Source: a virus. Taken from it: a stretch of 64,000 bases of DNA. The position numbers and the translations under genes are program-made. Shown one piece after another: positions 19,667 through 30,800 of the stretch (position 1 is its first letter; every line of letters starts with the position of its first letter). Under the pieces are notes generated by a model, which saw nothing but the letters and a program-made list of their open reading frames with translations, was not told the origin of the DNA and did no database searches. The stretch is from IMG/VR virus record IMGVR_UViG_3300023184_000101, positions 4,706 to 68,705 of that record; one strand, 5' to 3'.

Positions 19667-20410
19667 ATGGACAATCAAACATCAAATTACGCACAACAAA
19701 ATTTTACGTTACCTCATGACGTGGTACCTTTACCATCCCAAGGTATTTTTTATAAAAACAAAAAAAAATCTGTTAAGATAGGTTATCTTACGGCTTCTGA
19801 TGAAAACATTCTTTTATCTGGAGGTGAAGATATTACAACTAATTTAATTAGGACTAAATTATATGAACCAGATATTAGAGTTGAGGATTTATTAGAAGGT
19901 GACGTTGAAGCAATACTTGTCTTCTTAAGAAACACTTCATTTGGACCTGAAATCACATTAAATGTAACAGACCCTAATACAAGAAAACTGTTTGAAACAA
20001 CAGTTATTTTAGACGAACTTTCAATAGTTAATGGACAAGAACCATTAGAAGACGGAACGTTTGTTATCACACTACCAAAATCAGAGGCGACTATTAAAAT
20101 AAAACCAATGACTTATGGTGAGATAATGGAGATTAATAAAATGGTGGAGCAATATCCTCAAGGAAGAACGGCACCAAGAGTTACTTGGAGATTAAACAAA
20201 CAAATTGTTGAGGTAAACGGAAATCAAGATAAAGGTGAAATTGCTAAATTTATAGAACAAATGCCAATCATGGATTCCAAATTCGTAAGAAAATTTATGG
20301 ACGAAAACGAACCAAGATTAAACATGAATAGAGTAGTAACAACCCCATCAGGAGATAGACTGACAGTTAACGTCGGTTTTGGGGTGGAATTTTTTCGTCC
20401 TTTCTTCTGA
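19667..20410 (+). CDS. Tail / baseplate-hub assembly chaperone (gp26-like)
   Basis: VPLPSQG.FY, LTASDENIL and LRNTSFG motifs. Lies between the tube and tape-measure genes. Confidence 0.7.
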   Translation: MDNQTSNYAQQNFTLPHDVVPLPSQGIFYKNKKKSVKIGYLTASDENILLSGGEDITTNLIRTKLYEPDIRVEDLLEGDVEAILVFLRNTSFGPEITLNVTDPNTRKLFETTVILDELSIVNGQEPLEDGTFVITLPKSEATIKIKPMTYGEIMEINKMVEQYPQGRTAPRVTWRLNKQIVEVNGNQDKGEIAKFIEQMPIMDSKFVRKFMDENEPRLNMNRVVTTPSGDRLTVNVGFGVEFFRPFF

Positions 20411-20549
20411 TTATAGAAAAGGACAACTTGACGAGTTCTATTATTTAAGTACTCTGATGAACATTTCTTACAACGATTTTTTAAATATGCCATTGTTTAT
20501 GAGAAAATATCTTTTAGATAAATGGGTTGAAGAACATAAGAAGGACTAA
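20391..20549 (+). CDS. Probable frameshift extension of the chaperone (or tiny gp51-like ORF from ATG 20457)
   Basis: The +1 frame is open across the TGA and reads FFVLSSDYRKGQLDEFYYLSTLMNISYNDFLNMPLFMRKYLLDKWVEEHKKD*. A TTT-TTT-C slippery site is at 20390-20396. Confidence 0.6.
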   Translation, partial: FFVLSSDYRKGQLDEFYYLSTLMNISYNDFLNMPLFMRKYLLDKWVEEHKKD

Positions 20550-20565
20550 AAAAATAGTCCTTCTT
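20538..20565. terminator. Inverted repeat (possible terminator or processing hairpin)
   Basis: AAGAAGGACTA-A6-TAGTCCTTCTT, a perfect 11 bp stem. Confidence 0.45.
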
Positions 20566-20587
20566 CTATTTATAAGAAAAACACTTA

Positions 20588-22414
20588 ATGGCAGACAAAA
20601 AAGAAACTTTAGACGAATTTAATGAAGGACTTGGTAAAGCGATATCTTTTGGTTCTGACGAATGGGTAGGGGCTATTGACCAAATGACTATGGCAGGTAA
20701 TGAACTTACTAAAGCCTTTTCACAATCTCGTGCCAGAGTAAGTGAGATGATGACTGCTGTGAACGAAGCGGCACCAAGAATGAGAAGACTTGGAGCTGAT
20801 TTTGAACAGACAATGGCAACAATGCAAGAAATTGCTAAAGCTACAGGTAAAAACACATTAGCATCGGCCGATAGTGTTGCTAAATTATATGCAACATCTC
20901 AAGTCCTTGAACAAAGCACCGAAAGTATTGTTAAAAACTTTGAAGGGGCAGGAATTCAATTTGGTGTTGTTGGAGGTCAATTAGAAGAGGCGACAAACAC
21001 TGTAAGAGATTTAGGGTTAAACGCCAAAGAAGTGATGGGACAAGTTGTCCAAAACGCATCTGCACTTAATAAATTTAATTTTGATGGTGGTGTTCAGGGA
21101 TTGACTAAAATGGCGGCAAGAGCGGCCCAACTTAAGATGGATATGGGTCAAGCACTTGATTTTGCTGATAGAATGATGGACCCTGAAAGTGCAATTAACA
21201 TGGCATCGGCATTTCAAAGACTTGGAGTTTCAGCGGGAAGTCTTGTTGACCCATTTGCATTAATGAATCAATCAATTAATGACCCAGGAGCACTACAAGA
21301 AAGTTTAGCAAAAGTAGGTAAACAATTTACTTATTTTGACGAAAAAACAAAATCATTTAGAATTAATCCTCAAGGTATCTTAACCTTGAAAGAAATGGAA
21401 AAAGAGGCTGGATTGGCCAGTGGTACACTATCAAAAGCCGCTTTAGCATCTTCCGAATTAGATAAGAGACTTTCAAACATAAGTCCTAGTATTACTTTTA
21501 AAGATGAATCAGACAAACAATTCTTAAGTAATTTATCTGAAATGGATTCGTCTGGTAACTATGTCGTTAAGATTAGTGACCAAGAAACTAAAAAACTTAG
21601 TGACGTAACTCAAGATGAATTTGATAAATTAATCAAAGAACAGAAGAATCAGCCAAAGTCAATGGAAGAAATTGCCAGAGCTAGTATGAAAACAAGTGAT
21701 GTTATTAAAAATGACGTTACGGCAATTAAAGAAGCTATTACAAGAGGAGCAGCAGGAACAACATTCGTTAAAGATAATCTTGAAGCGTCTAGAAAAATAC
21801 TCACAATACCATCAGGGATTTTATCGGACAAAGCTGGAAAAACAGAAATTTATAACAAACAGTTTGAAACACTTAGTAATTCAATTAGAGATGCTGCAAA
21901 AGAGTTGGTTAAAACAAATGGTAAATCAATGGGTGAGGTTTTAAAAGATTTGGGTGGTAAATTTGGAAAACAAGGGGAAGATGTTAAAAAATTTGTTGAA
22001 CAATTTAGTACATCAGTTTATAAAGAGTTTAAAGGAAAAGATTTAAGATTTAGGTCTTCTGAAGCTGGTGACATAGCACAAAGTGCAAAAGATGCGTTTC
22101 AAAATTATGTTGATAAAACAAATTTTGGTAAAAAAGCGGCAGAACAAAGTGGAACATCGGTACCAACAGCCAAATCAAAATCATTATTCTTAAGTGGAAC
22201 AGATGCATTCACTAGTAAAGAAAATCAAAATCAAACATTAACATCTACAGTAACTAAAACTGTTGATTATAGTGGTACTGTTGTGTTTAAGGTAGACGCC
22301 CCTCCAGGTATTAGCAAAGAATATTTAGAACGATTCTTGAACGAAGAAAAATTCAAAGAAATGATTTACAAATATGTTGACGAAAAAAACAAACAACTCC
22401 AAAAGACAAAGTAA
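20588..22414 (+). CDS. Tape-measure-like protein
   Basis: Ala/Gln/Lys-rich, predicted helical 608 aa protein following the tube and chaperone genes. Confidence 0.65.
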   Translation: MADKKETLDEFNEGLGKAISFGSDEWVGAIDQMTMAGNELTKAFSQSRARVSEMMTAVNEAAPRMRRLGADFEQTMATMQEIAKATGKNTLASADSVAKLYATSQVLEQSTESIVKNFEGAGIQFGVVGGQLEEATNTVRDLGLNAKEVMGQVVQNASALNKFNFDGGVQGLTKMAARAAQLKMDMGQALDFADRMMDPESAINMASAFQRLGVSAGSLVDPFALMNQSINDPGALQESLAKVGKQFTYFDEKTKSFRINPQGILTLKEMEKEAGLASGTLSKAALASSELDKRLSNISPSITFKDESDKQFLSNLSEMDSSGNYVVKISDQETKKLSDVTQDEFDKLIKEQKNQPKSMEEIARASMKTSDVIKNDVTAIKEAITRGAAGTTFVKDNLEASRKILTIPSGILSDKAGKTEIYNKQFETLSNSIRDAAKELVKTNGKSMGEVLKDLGGKFGKQGEDVKKFVEQFSTSVYKEFKGKDLRFRSSEAGDIAQSAKDAFQNYVDKTNFGKKAAEQSGTSVPTAKSKSLFLSGTDAFTSKENQNQTLTSTVTKTVDYSGTVVFKVDAPPGISKEYLERFLNEEKFKEMIYKYVDEKNKQLQKTK

Positions 22415-22463
22415 TTCATCATCAGAAAAATACCAATTAACCTATTTATAATAAAAGTATTGA

Positions 22464-25400
22464 ATGGGTAGTCCATTAGATTTAGTTAATTCAGACGCGT
22501 TTAGAAAGAAACTCATTACGAGAAACTTGACCCCTTATCTTAAGGCTCCCAATAGACCTACGCCTCCATTTAATACTGAATACATACAATCAGATACATC
22601 AGTTCAAGATAGTCCTGACCAACTAATTGACGAACCATCGTTCGCCAATAAATTATATCCATTGAATAAGTGGGGTAATGAAGGCGGGTATTTACAAGCT
22701 CCAGACCCTGTTGGGAACACAAACACAAAATCAAATGAAGGGGAATATGGATTTCAAGATGCGAACATTTTAAGCGAAGCTGAACCTGAATCAAAAAATT
22801 GGAGAAAGATTAATGCCTTTGGTAACGGTAGTGAACAATTATATGATAGTGGAGAATTCGTTGGGAATTTAGAAACAATTGACGCCAATGGTAGTTCAAG
22901 ATACTATAACAACCAACCATACCCCAACTTTAACCCGTCGACATACGGACCCGTTTCAATCTTATTAACACCAGACCCACAAGGTAGTAATGGTTTATTA
23001 AGTTCTGATTCATATCTTGCTCGTTTAGGTGCATCAAGATTAAGAAAAGGTTTTGAAGAAAGAATTGCAACAGGAATATATCAACAAACTGTAGGTAGAG
23101 CCAACGCATTTAATGTAAGAAGTGGTACAGATGTTTTAAATTTAGTAACAGGTAGAGTTCCTTTAATTGAACCTAACTACACTATTACAATGCCGTCTAA
23201 CCCAATACTTGCGGCAACCGACTTTGCTTTAAGACTTGCGGGCAGTACTATCCCAACATCTACAATCCCTGGTTCATACTTCGATGCTAGTATCAATTCA
23301 GGTCAACCAACAACAATACAACAATTAAGTTCTGCGTTCCTTAAAACATCTGTTGGTAAATCATTCAGTAGACTATTGGGTGGTGATAAAACAGGTTCAC
23401 AGTTATTCTTAAACAATACAGGTGGCGGTCAAAAGTCGAGACTATTCGGTAACATTGACTATAACAAGTATAAGCCGAGTTACGACAGAACTTTATTTGA
23501 TAGAGTTGCTGGAGCTTTAGTAGGTTCTACAACCGACAACAGTAATTTTTATGTTGGCTCAAGAACATCAGACCCATCAAGAGTATTCTCACCGGGTGGT
23601 GATATACCGGTAAATCAGTTTGGACAAGAGGTTCAATCACCTGTTTATGGTCCAAACGAACTTGCGGCATTATATGAGGGTCCTGATAAGGAAAGTAAAC
23701 TTGGTGCTAACGGACCTACCTATGGTAATGGTGGTGGTGTTGAAGGTGGATTCACATGGGTTTCACCAAAATATAAGGGCAACGCTGGTAAGTATGTTGG
23801 TATAGGTGGGGAAATTATTAGACAGGACGAAGATTTCAAACCATCATCATACGACAAGACTGAATCAACAAATCAAACATATAGAGAAGGTTCAATTCTT
23901 GATGATACCCAAAGATTAATTAATAGTCAACCAGCGGGCGGAAGAAGATTACAACACGTAGGTAATGCTATTGACCAAGTTAGTAAGGTCTTTCATGATG
24001 GATATAAAGAGATTACAAAGGGTTCAAAAGTTCTTAAGTACATTGGTTCAATTGGACAAGAAGTAGGAACAGAGTACTGTCGTATCTTCACTAAAGACGT
24101 TCCTTATTTACAATACAATGACCTTCAAAAAAGAAATGGAATGACAACTGAAGGCAGAAAGTTTTCTTATTCGGTAATGGATAAGACATGGAACTTGAAT
24201 ATCTATCCAAACAAACAAGAGGGAGGTCAAGACTCTACAAATCTTATTGGTACAACCAATAACTCTTATGCCAAGAAATATATGTTTTCAATTGAGAATT
24301 TAGCTTGGAGAACATCTAATACTCCTGGTTTTTCTGTTTCAGATTTGGCGATATGTGAAAGAGGACCTAATGGTGGTAGAGTTATGTGGTTCCCTCCGTA
24401 TGGTTTAACGTTTAGTGAGAACGTAAGTACTAACTGGAAAGATACTTCTTTCATAGGTAGACCCGAACCCATTTACACATACAACAATACAAATAGAACT
24501 GGAAGTTTAACTTGGAAAATAGTTGTAGACCATCCTTCGGTATTAAATCTATTGGTCGATAAAGTTCTTAAGAATGAAACCAACAGACCGAGAATTGATA
24601 GTATTATTGACTCATTCTTTGCGGGATGCAGAACCTACGACTTATATGAGTTAGCCAAAAAATATTATACAATCAACCCTAACGATTTGTTTCAATTACA
24701 ACAAATGATTTCATCTAAAGAGATGACTAAGGAACAAATGACGTATGCGGTTGAAACAATCCAATCAGGTGCAAAATCAGGACCCAAAACGCAACCTATC
24801 AGTCCAAGTAACACACCGGTTATAATACCAAACTCAACTAACATTGGGTTCTATTTTGATAATGATATACCTAAAAAAGGTGACAATGTTCCAAACTTTA
24901 CTTCAGAATATGCGGCATACAGTGGCAACGTATTAAGTGGAAGTTATACAAAACAAGACACTGCTGCGTTAACTCAATCGTTCTTCAAATCGGTAGTTGA
25001 ACCAAACTACAATCAAATTCAAAAACTGTGTGAAGAAATTGGAAAAGCTTTAAAAAACAATGATGGAACTGTCTCAATATCGATTGACTCTAGTTGTTCT
25101 GCTCCTGCGACAGTTGCCTATAATGTAGAATTATCTAAGAGAAGAATTAATGCTGCAATACAATATTTCACAACGAACCCAAATACTGCACCATATTTCA
25201 ACAGTTCACCAAGAAGGTTGTTTCTTTTGTCAGGAACCGCTTCTGGTGAAACGGCAAGTGTCATGAAATATAATGACCAAGATAAAAAGTTTGAAAATGG
25301 TACAACAGTAAGTTGTACTGATGCTAACCCAAAAGCAAAAGGTGGGGACACATTAGCGGCTTCACATGAAATTTATACAACAACAGCCATGGCTTGTAGA

Positions 25401-27512
25401 AGAGCGTATATTAATGTAAACACATCAAAATTAACACAACCACCAGCTCAACCATCAGCATCGATAACACAACAACAACCACAACCAAACTTGGCTAATC
25501 AAATAGTTGGAACAGTTACACCTGTAACAACAACAGTTCAAAAAATTGAAGAGAAGTGGGTTGAGAAAGATAACATTACAAAGAGAGTGTTAAGGTCATT
25601 ATTGTCTGAGTGTAATTACTTTGAGGCAATTAAAGAAGAAACCCCAATGGTTTATGATAACTTGAAAGATAAATTGAAGTTTTTTCAACCGGCATTCCAC
25701 TCAATGACACCTGAAGGATTGAACACAAGATTGACTTTCCTTCAACAATGCATGAGACCTGGAGACACTATTCCAACAATTAAAACAGTAGGTCAAACAA
25801 ACGAACTTCAATATAATAATGCGACTAATACAGCGTTTGGTGCACCACCTGTTTTAGTATTAAGGGTTGGTGATTTCTATAACACAAAAATAATTCCGGT
25901 ATCGTTAGGACTTACCTATGAAGACTTAGACATTAATCCCGAAGGTATTGGTATTCAACCAATGATTGCTAACGTAACAATGACATTTAATTTTGTTGGA
26001 GGAAGTGGATTAAAAGAATCTGTTGATAAATTACAGAATGCATTAACTTTCAACTATTATGCTAATACTGAAATGTATGATGAAAGAGCCGACGCAACAG
26101 ACTTGAGTTATAAAGTTGTTGATAAAGATTTCTTGAGTTCTATTGGAGCTCAACCACCAGCGGCAACTGTTAACCAAACACAAGACAACAACCCACAAAC
26201 TAATGAGGCGACTATTGGTGATATATTATCGACTTCAGGTACAACAGGAACAACAAGTTATCAAAAGTATATGGATAATCTTGTTGCACAAACCCAAACA
26301 TATTTCCAAAACTATGTTAATAAGAGTAAAGAATGTGTTAAACAATATAACAACGCAATGTTACAGAATTTAACTTGTGATAGAAATTATACAAAAGGAA
26401 TATTCTTGGTGGATACAAGTAAAGAAGTGCTTTTAATAGGAAAACCTAATAATGTCCAACAAGTTGTTAATAATGTTTTTGCGGATTATATTGTGAATAT
26501 TGAAAGTACCGACTCAACTACTCAAGATAGGTTTATTAATTTTATGTCTAACAATAAAGGTTTTAGTCCTAAGGTAATTAGACAATTAACAATGAACCTA
26601 AAAAACTTTGTTACTAATAAAACAAGTACATATCAAAACGCTGTGACTCAGTTAAGTCAAGAACTTGTTAATCAACAACAAACATATATTCAATACCTTA
26701 CAAGAGCAAATGTAATACCTTTATACAAATCAGGACCAACAACAGGTACGGATGGTTTACAAGAAAAGAACGGTAATGTTGTGATTTATGATATTAGTGG
26801 GACTGCGAATGTTTATAATAAAACAGAAGCGGCAGATACATTCACTGAGATTCAAAATGATATTAGAAAGATTGGACGTAATATTAGTGAATACTATGGA
26901 CTATTAATTACCGCCAGCACATTCAATTACAACTCGGTACCGTATACAGGTATTGGTTTATATGGTGATATTGCGGAACAAACCACTTACGAAAAGTACA
27001 TAAAACGTGTTGTGTTTATACCATTTACTCAGGGTGATTTTGGACAAACTATTACAAATGGTGACGGAACTCCTCAAAACTATGCCTTTAGAAGAATGTA
27101 TATGATTTTATCACCAGAAATATTGGATGATAAAAAGTATCAAACCTTTAAAGACGCGATGATTAATAATATAATTAACAATAAGGATATTCTTGATAAT
27201 GGAAGTCAAGATGTTTCGGCACAATTTGATGCTTATTGGATTGGAGTTGCTAAACCACAATTTGCTAATGAAAACGCTGTAACAACTGCGTTCCTTGAAA
27301 ATCTTGAAAAAGGTAAATTACAAAACTTTATAAAATATACACCATTCCCAACAAAGAAAAGATTATTCACGTTTGAAAAATCAACTTCTCCAACGGCAAG
27401 CCAAACTGAAGTAATCACAGGATTGGGAAGAGTGTTGGCTAACTCAGACAAAACAACTTGGAATAATCCAGATAAAACATTAGCATATGTTGCAAAATTA
27501 AAACTTAATTAA
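22464..27512 (+). CDS. Large baseplate / tube-initiator protein with inserted OmpA-like domain
   Basis: Tube-like motifs FSENVSTNW...IGRPEPIYTY and PPVLVLRVGDF...PMIANVTMTF. An OmpA-like YNVELSKRRINAAIQYF segment lies between them. Confidence 0.6.
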   Translation: MGSPLDLVNSDAFRKKLITRNLTPYLKAPNRPTPPFNTEYIQSDTSVQDSPDQLIDEPSFANKLYPLNKWGNEGGYLQAPDPVGNTNTKSNEGEYGFQDANILSEAEPESKNWRKINAFGNGSEQLYDSGEFVGNLETIDANGSSRYYNNQPYPNFNPSTYGPVSILLTPDPQGSNGLLSSDSYLARLGASRLRKGFEERIATGIYQQTVGRANAFNVRSGTDVLNLVTGRVPLIEPNYTITMPSNPILAATDFALRLAGSTIPTSTIPGSYFDASINSGQPTTIQQLSSAFLKTSVGKSFSRLLGGDKTGSQLFLNNTGGGQKSRLFGNIDYNKYKPSYDRTLFDRVAGALVGSTTDNSNFYVGSRTSDPSRVFSPGGDIPVNQFGQEVQSPVYGPNELAALYEGPDKESKLGANGPTYGNGGGVEGGFTWVSPKYKGNAGKYVGIGGEIIRQDEDFKPSSYDKTESTNQTYREGSILDDTQRLINSQPAGGRRLQHVGNAIDQVSKVFHDGYKEITKGSKVLKYIGSIGQEVGTEYCRIFTKDVPYLQYNDLQKRNGMTTEGRKFSYSVMDKTWNLNIYPNKQEGGQDSTNLIGTTNNSYAKKYMFSIENLAWRTSNTPGFSVSDLAICERGPNGGRVMWFPPYGLTFSENVSTNWKDTSFIGRPEPIYTYNNTNRTGSLTWKIVVDHPSVLNLLVDKVLKNETNRPRIDSIIDSFFAGCRTYDLYELAKKYYTINPNDLFQLQQMISSKEMTKEQMTYAVETIQSGAKSGPKTQPISPSNTPVIIPNSTNIGFYFDNDIPKKGDNVPNFTSEYAAYSGNVLSGSYTKQDTAALTQSFFKSVVEPNYNQIQKLCEEIGKALKNNDGTVSISIDSSCSAPATVAYNVELSKRRINAAIQYFTTNPNTAPYFNSSPRRLFLLSGTASGETASVMKYNDQDKKFENGTTVSCTDANPKAKGGDTLAASHEIYTTTAMACRRAYINVNTSKLTQPPAQPSASITQQQPQPNLANQIVGTVTPVTTTVQKIEEKWVEKDNITKRVLRSLLSECNYFEAIKEETPMVYDNLKDKLKFFQPAFHSMTPEGLNTRLTFLQQCMRPGDTIPTIKTVGQTNELQYNNATNTAFGAPPVLVLRVGDFYNTKIIPVSLGLTYEDLDINPEGIGIQPMIANVTMTFNFVGGSGLKESVDKLQNALTFNYYANTEMYDERADATDLSYKVVDKDFLSSIGAQPPAATVNQTQDNNPQTNEATIGDILSTSGTTGTTSYQKYMDNLVAQTQTYFQNYVNKSKECVKQYNNAMLQNLTCDRNYTKGIFLVDTSKEVLLIGKPNNVQQVVNNVFADYIVNIESTDSTTQDRFINFMSNNKGFSPKVIRQLTMNLKNFVTNKTSTYQNAVTQLSQELVNQQQTYIQYLTRANVIPLYKSGPTTGTDGLQEKNGNVVIYDISGTANVYNKTEAADTFTEIQNDIRKIGRNISEYYGLLITASTFNYNSVPYTGIGLYGDIAEQTTYEKYIKRVVFIPFTQGDFGQTITNGDGTPQNYAFRRMYMILSPEILDDKKYQTFKDAMINNIINNKDILDNGSQDVSAQFDAYWIGVAKPQFANENAVTTAFLENLEKGKLQNFIKYTPFPTKKRLFTFEKSTSPTASQTEVITGLGRVLANSDKTTWNNPDKTLAYVAKLKLN

Positions 27513-27835
27513 TGGCATATCCGTATTATAATCGATATAGTGAATTCATCATTAATGGTGAACAAACTGTCGTGCCATTTGTTTATATTGCTCAAAAACC
27601 TACAGACCAAACATATATTTATAAAGTTGCTAGAAGTAGATTAGATAAAGTTTCCCAAGAATTTTATAACTCTCCATATTTCAGTTGGTTGATATTACAA
27701 GCGAATCCTCAATTCGTTGGGTTAGAAGATAATATTTATGACGGTGCAGTATTGATTATTCCATTTCCGCTCATAGCTTCTTTACAGGATTATAAAGCGG
27801 CATTAGAAAATCATTTTTATTATTATGGCAGGTAA
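27512..27835 (+). CDS. Baseplate LysM-like protein (gp53/gpX-like)
   Basis: RLDKVSQEFYNSPYFSWLILQANP...GAVLIIP is the typical LysM-like wedge pattern. Confidence 0.75.
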   Translation: MAYPYYNRYSEFIINGEQTVVPFVYIAQKPTDQTYIYKVARSRLDKVSQEFYNSPYFSWLILQANPQFVGLEDNIYDGAVLIIPFPLIASLQDYKAALENHFYYYGR

Positions 27836-30800
27836 CTTACAAGCTGACAACAGCGGAAACATATTGGTGGACTTTGACTATAATAATATTATTGTAGTTG
27901 ACCCCAACAAAACGATAGATAGTTTTGGTAATGTCAAAGAAAGATTGGTTGACCATGAGAATTTGGTTATGTATGCCAATCTTGAGGCTGAAGTTGTGCC
28001 GAGAACAAAATTGTCGGTAGGAGGAAGTCCTGAAGATAGAATTAGAACAATATCAGTGGCTAAAATTAATTTTCTAAAGCCAACAAAAAACGCCTACTTA
28101 GGAACTGGATATTATGACGAATTAACAGGAAAAAATTCAACCAAGTATGAAGGAGTTAATCAACCTAAACAAACGTTAACTCAAACCGCTGATGGTAAAG
28201 AAGCCTACAAGATTAATAGTGTTGCTGACCAAACAAATGTAATTGATACAGGATTACTTGGTATGACAAGTATTAGTATTAGAACAAGTACGTCATTTAT
28301 TCCAACCGTTTCAATCAGATTGGAAGACATTCAAGGAAGAGCGTTATTTCAATTAGGGAATAATTCTCCATACTCCGCTTTTTTTAATTTACCATATTGT
28401 CCTTTCTATTTGACACTTAAAGGATATTATGGACAAGCAATTAGATATCAATTAAATCTTGAAAAATTTTCAGCGTCGTTTAATCAAGCGGGTGGAAGTT
28501 ATATTGTGGATTTAGAATTTAAAGGATACAAATTCAATATCTTAAATGAAATTTCTTTTGGTCATTTACTTGCGGCACCGCATATGTACTCCCAAAGATT
28601 TCAAATTACTCAATCTCCAACCGAAGGTCAAAATGCCAATGAACAAAAAGACGCGTCTTTAGCGGGTAAAACCGGTGCTGGAACTACAAGTACAAATAAT
28701 GTAACATCAGAAATAGTTGCGGAAAGAGGTTATCAAAAAGTTGCTGAACTTTATAGTGAATATAAAGCCAAAGGATTAGTTGCTAGGGATTTTCCAGAAT
28801 TGACGGTTCAACAATTAATGAATAAGTTAGATAATTTTGAACAAGCCATTGTTAATTCTTATCAAAAAGCCAACGTTGAACCACTTACAAACATTCGAAA
28901 TTATCAACAAAAACTTAAAGAGTATTTTGCAAATGTAAGAGGTGAAAATACTTCATGGTTCAATACATATTGTGATGTCAGACCGATTTATTTAAATAAT
29001 AAACCGGAGGTTGTTTATGCGTATAAAGCCAATTTAGACCAAGCGGCAATATCTGAGGCAAATACTAAACTATCTGATTTGGTTGCAAGATATAATTTAG
29101 GATTAGCTGAAAACCCAACATTAGGAAAGGCCGGAACCTCACCAATTCCGAACCCAATTAAGTATGATGACTTTTTTAAAACGGTTGTGGGGAGTGATGT
29201 TGATTGGGTGGAAACAACAAGGTCACAAACCGGTATTATTGCACCCACAACTGGAGATACAGAATTGGTTAAAACTACGTTGTCAAAATTCTTTAAAGTG
29301 TCGTTTGAAACAGATATTAACTCTAATTTAGCCCTACCCGTGCCTAAAAAAATTGTGTTACCACAATTTATTGTTTTTGAGGGTGACAAACATTTTGACA
29401 AAAGTCTTGCCAATATGGAAACTTTGGCAAGTGCAAAACTTGCTGAGATTGAGGGTTTATTGTCGGCGGATTTGGCTAGAAAGATAGAGGACAAGGCAAC
29501 GGGTTTAGGTTTTAAACCTACGGTAAGAAATATTATTGCGGTTTTAATGGCTTCTTCGGAAGCGTTTATTAGATTGTTAGATGATGTTCATACTAATGCT
29601 TGGAATGTAAAATATGACCCGATTAGAAAAAATGCCATATTAGATAATCCATCATCAGCTCGAAGCTCTGATGGTAGAGATGATGTTAAAATATCTGCAG
29701 ATGCACAACAATCAAACCAAGGGTTGTCCACGGCTCAAATACCGGTTTACCCGTGGCCTCAATTTTTTGTTGAAACACCTGAAGATAAAAAAGGAAGATT
29801 CCAATTAAAATATATTGCCGACCCGTCCGTTGTTAATTCAACAAAAGGTTATTTGTATGATAAATGGCCTGAGGTAGAATTTGTTGAGGAATACATGAAA
29901 GGGTTAACACAAAAGTTTCAAAATCCATTAAGTCAGCCATCATTAGGTGCGGAGTCAAAAACAATAATAACTAACGTAAATGGAATTGAATTTCCAAATG
30001 CGGGAATTGCCTACGTAAACAAAGAAGAAATAAAGTTTTTTTATGAAATTTGGGAAAGACAATATCTTACATCTTTTTATTCAGGTTATGTCAGAATATT
30101 GGGTAACAACAATGGAAGTGATGTGTTCAGTGATTATGCAATGTCTGCCGAATCTCAAAACATAAAATTAAGTTTAGGTGCGAGCTCACCATACTTAAAT
30201 CTAAAACTGAAGAACTTAAATTTAAACTCTACCAATTATGTTAGTACGTTAGAAACAATTTCAAATCAGGGAACAGGTAGAGCTTATCAAGATTTTATTA
30301 GAGATTTTTATGTGACACCATATATTAAAACTTTGACCGAATCTCCGTTCTCAATCTTAAATTTAAATGAGACTGGCAAAATTCCGGAACAACCAATAGT
30401 ATCTGAAGCACTTCAACAAATTATAAAATCACCATACAACACTCCGATGTTATTGGACACTTATCCGTTTACAGATGGAAAGTGGTGTTTTAATAATATG
30501 GATAACTCGGCCGCAAATACAAATGAGTTAGTCTATAATACAAACAAAACATATAAAATTTACTCAGAGAATAAGGTTATTGCGAACTTCGATACTTTAA
30601 CAGACTATACAACAAACAGACCTGTAACAAACTTTTCTTATTTGAATGTAAGTAATCCCTCAGACGGGCGTACCAATGGTAACTTAAATGAATTCTATAG
30701 AACTAGAATAACAACAGAATTCATACCAACGGAAGGTTATTGTTATTTTCCATCACCTGACACCACCTTTGAAATTAGAACAACAACCTCAATATTGAAT

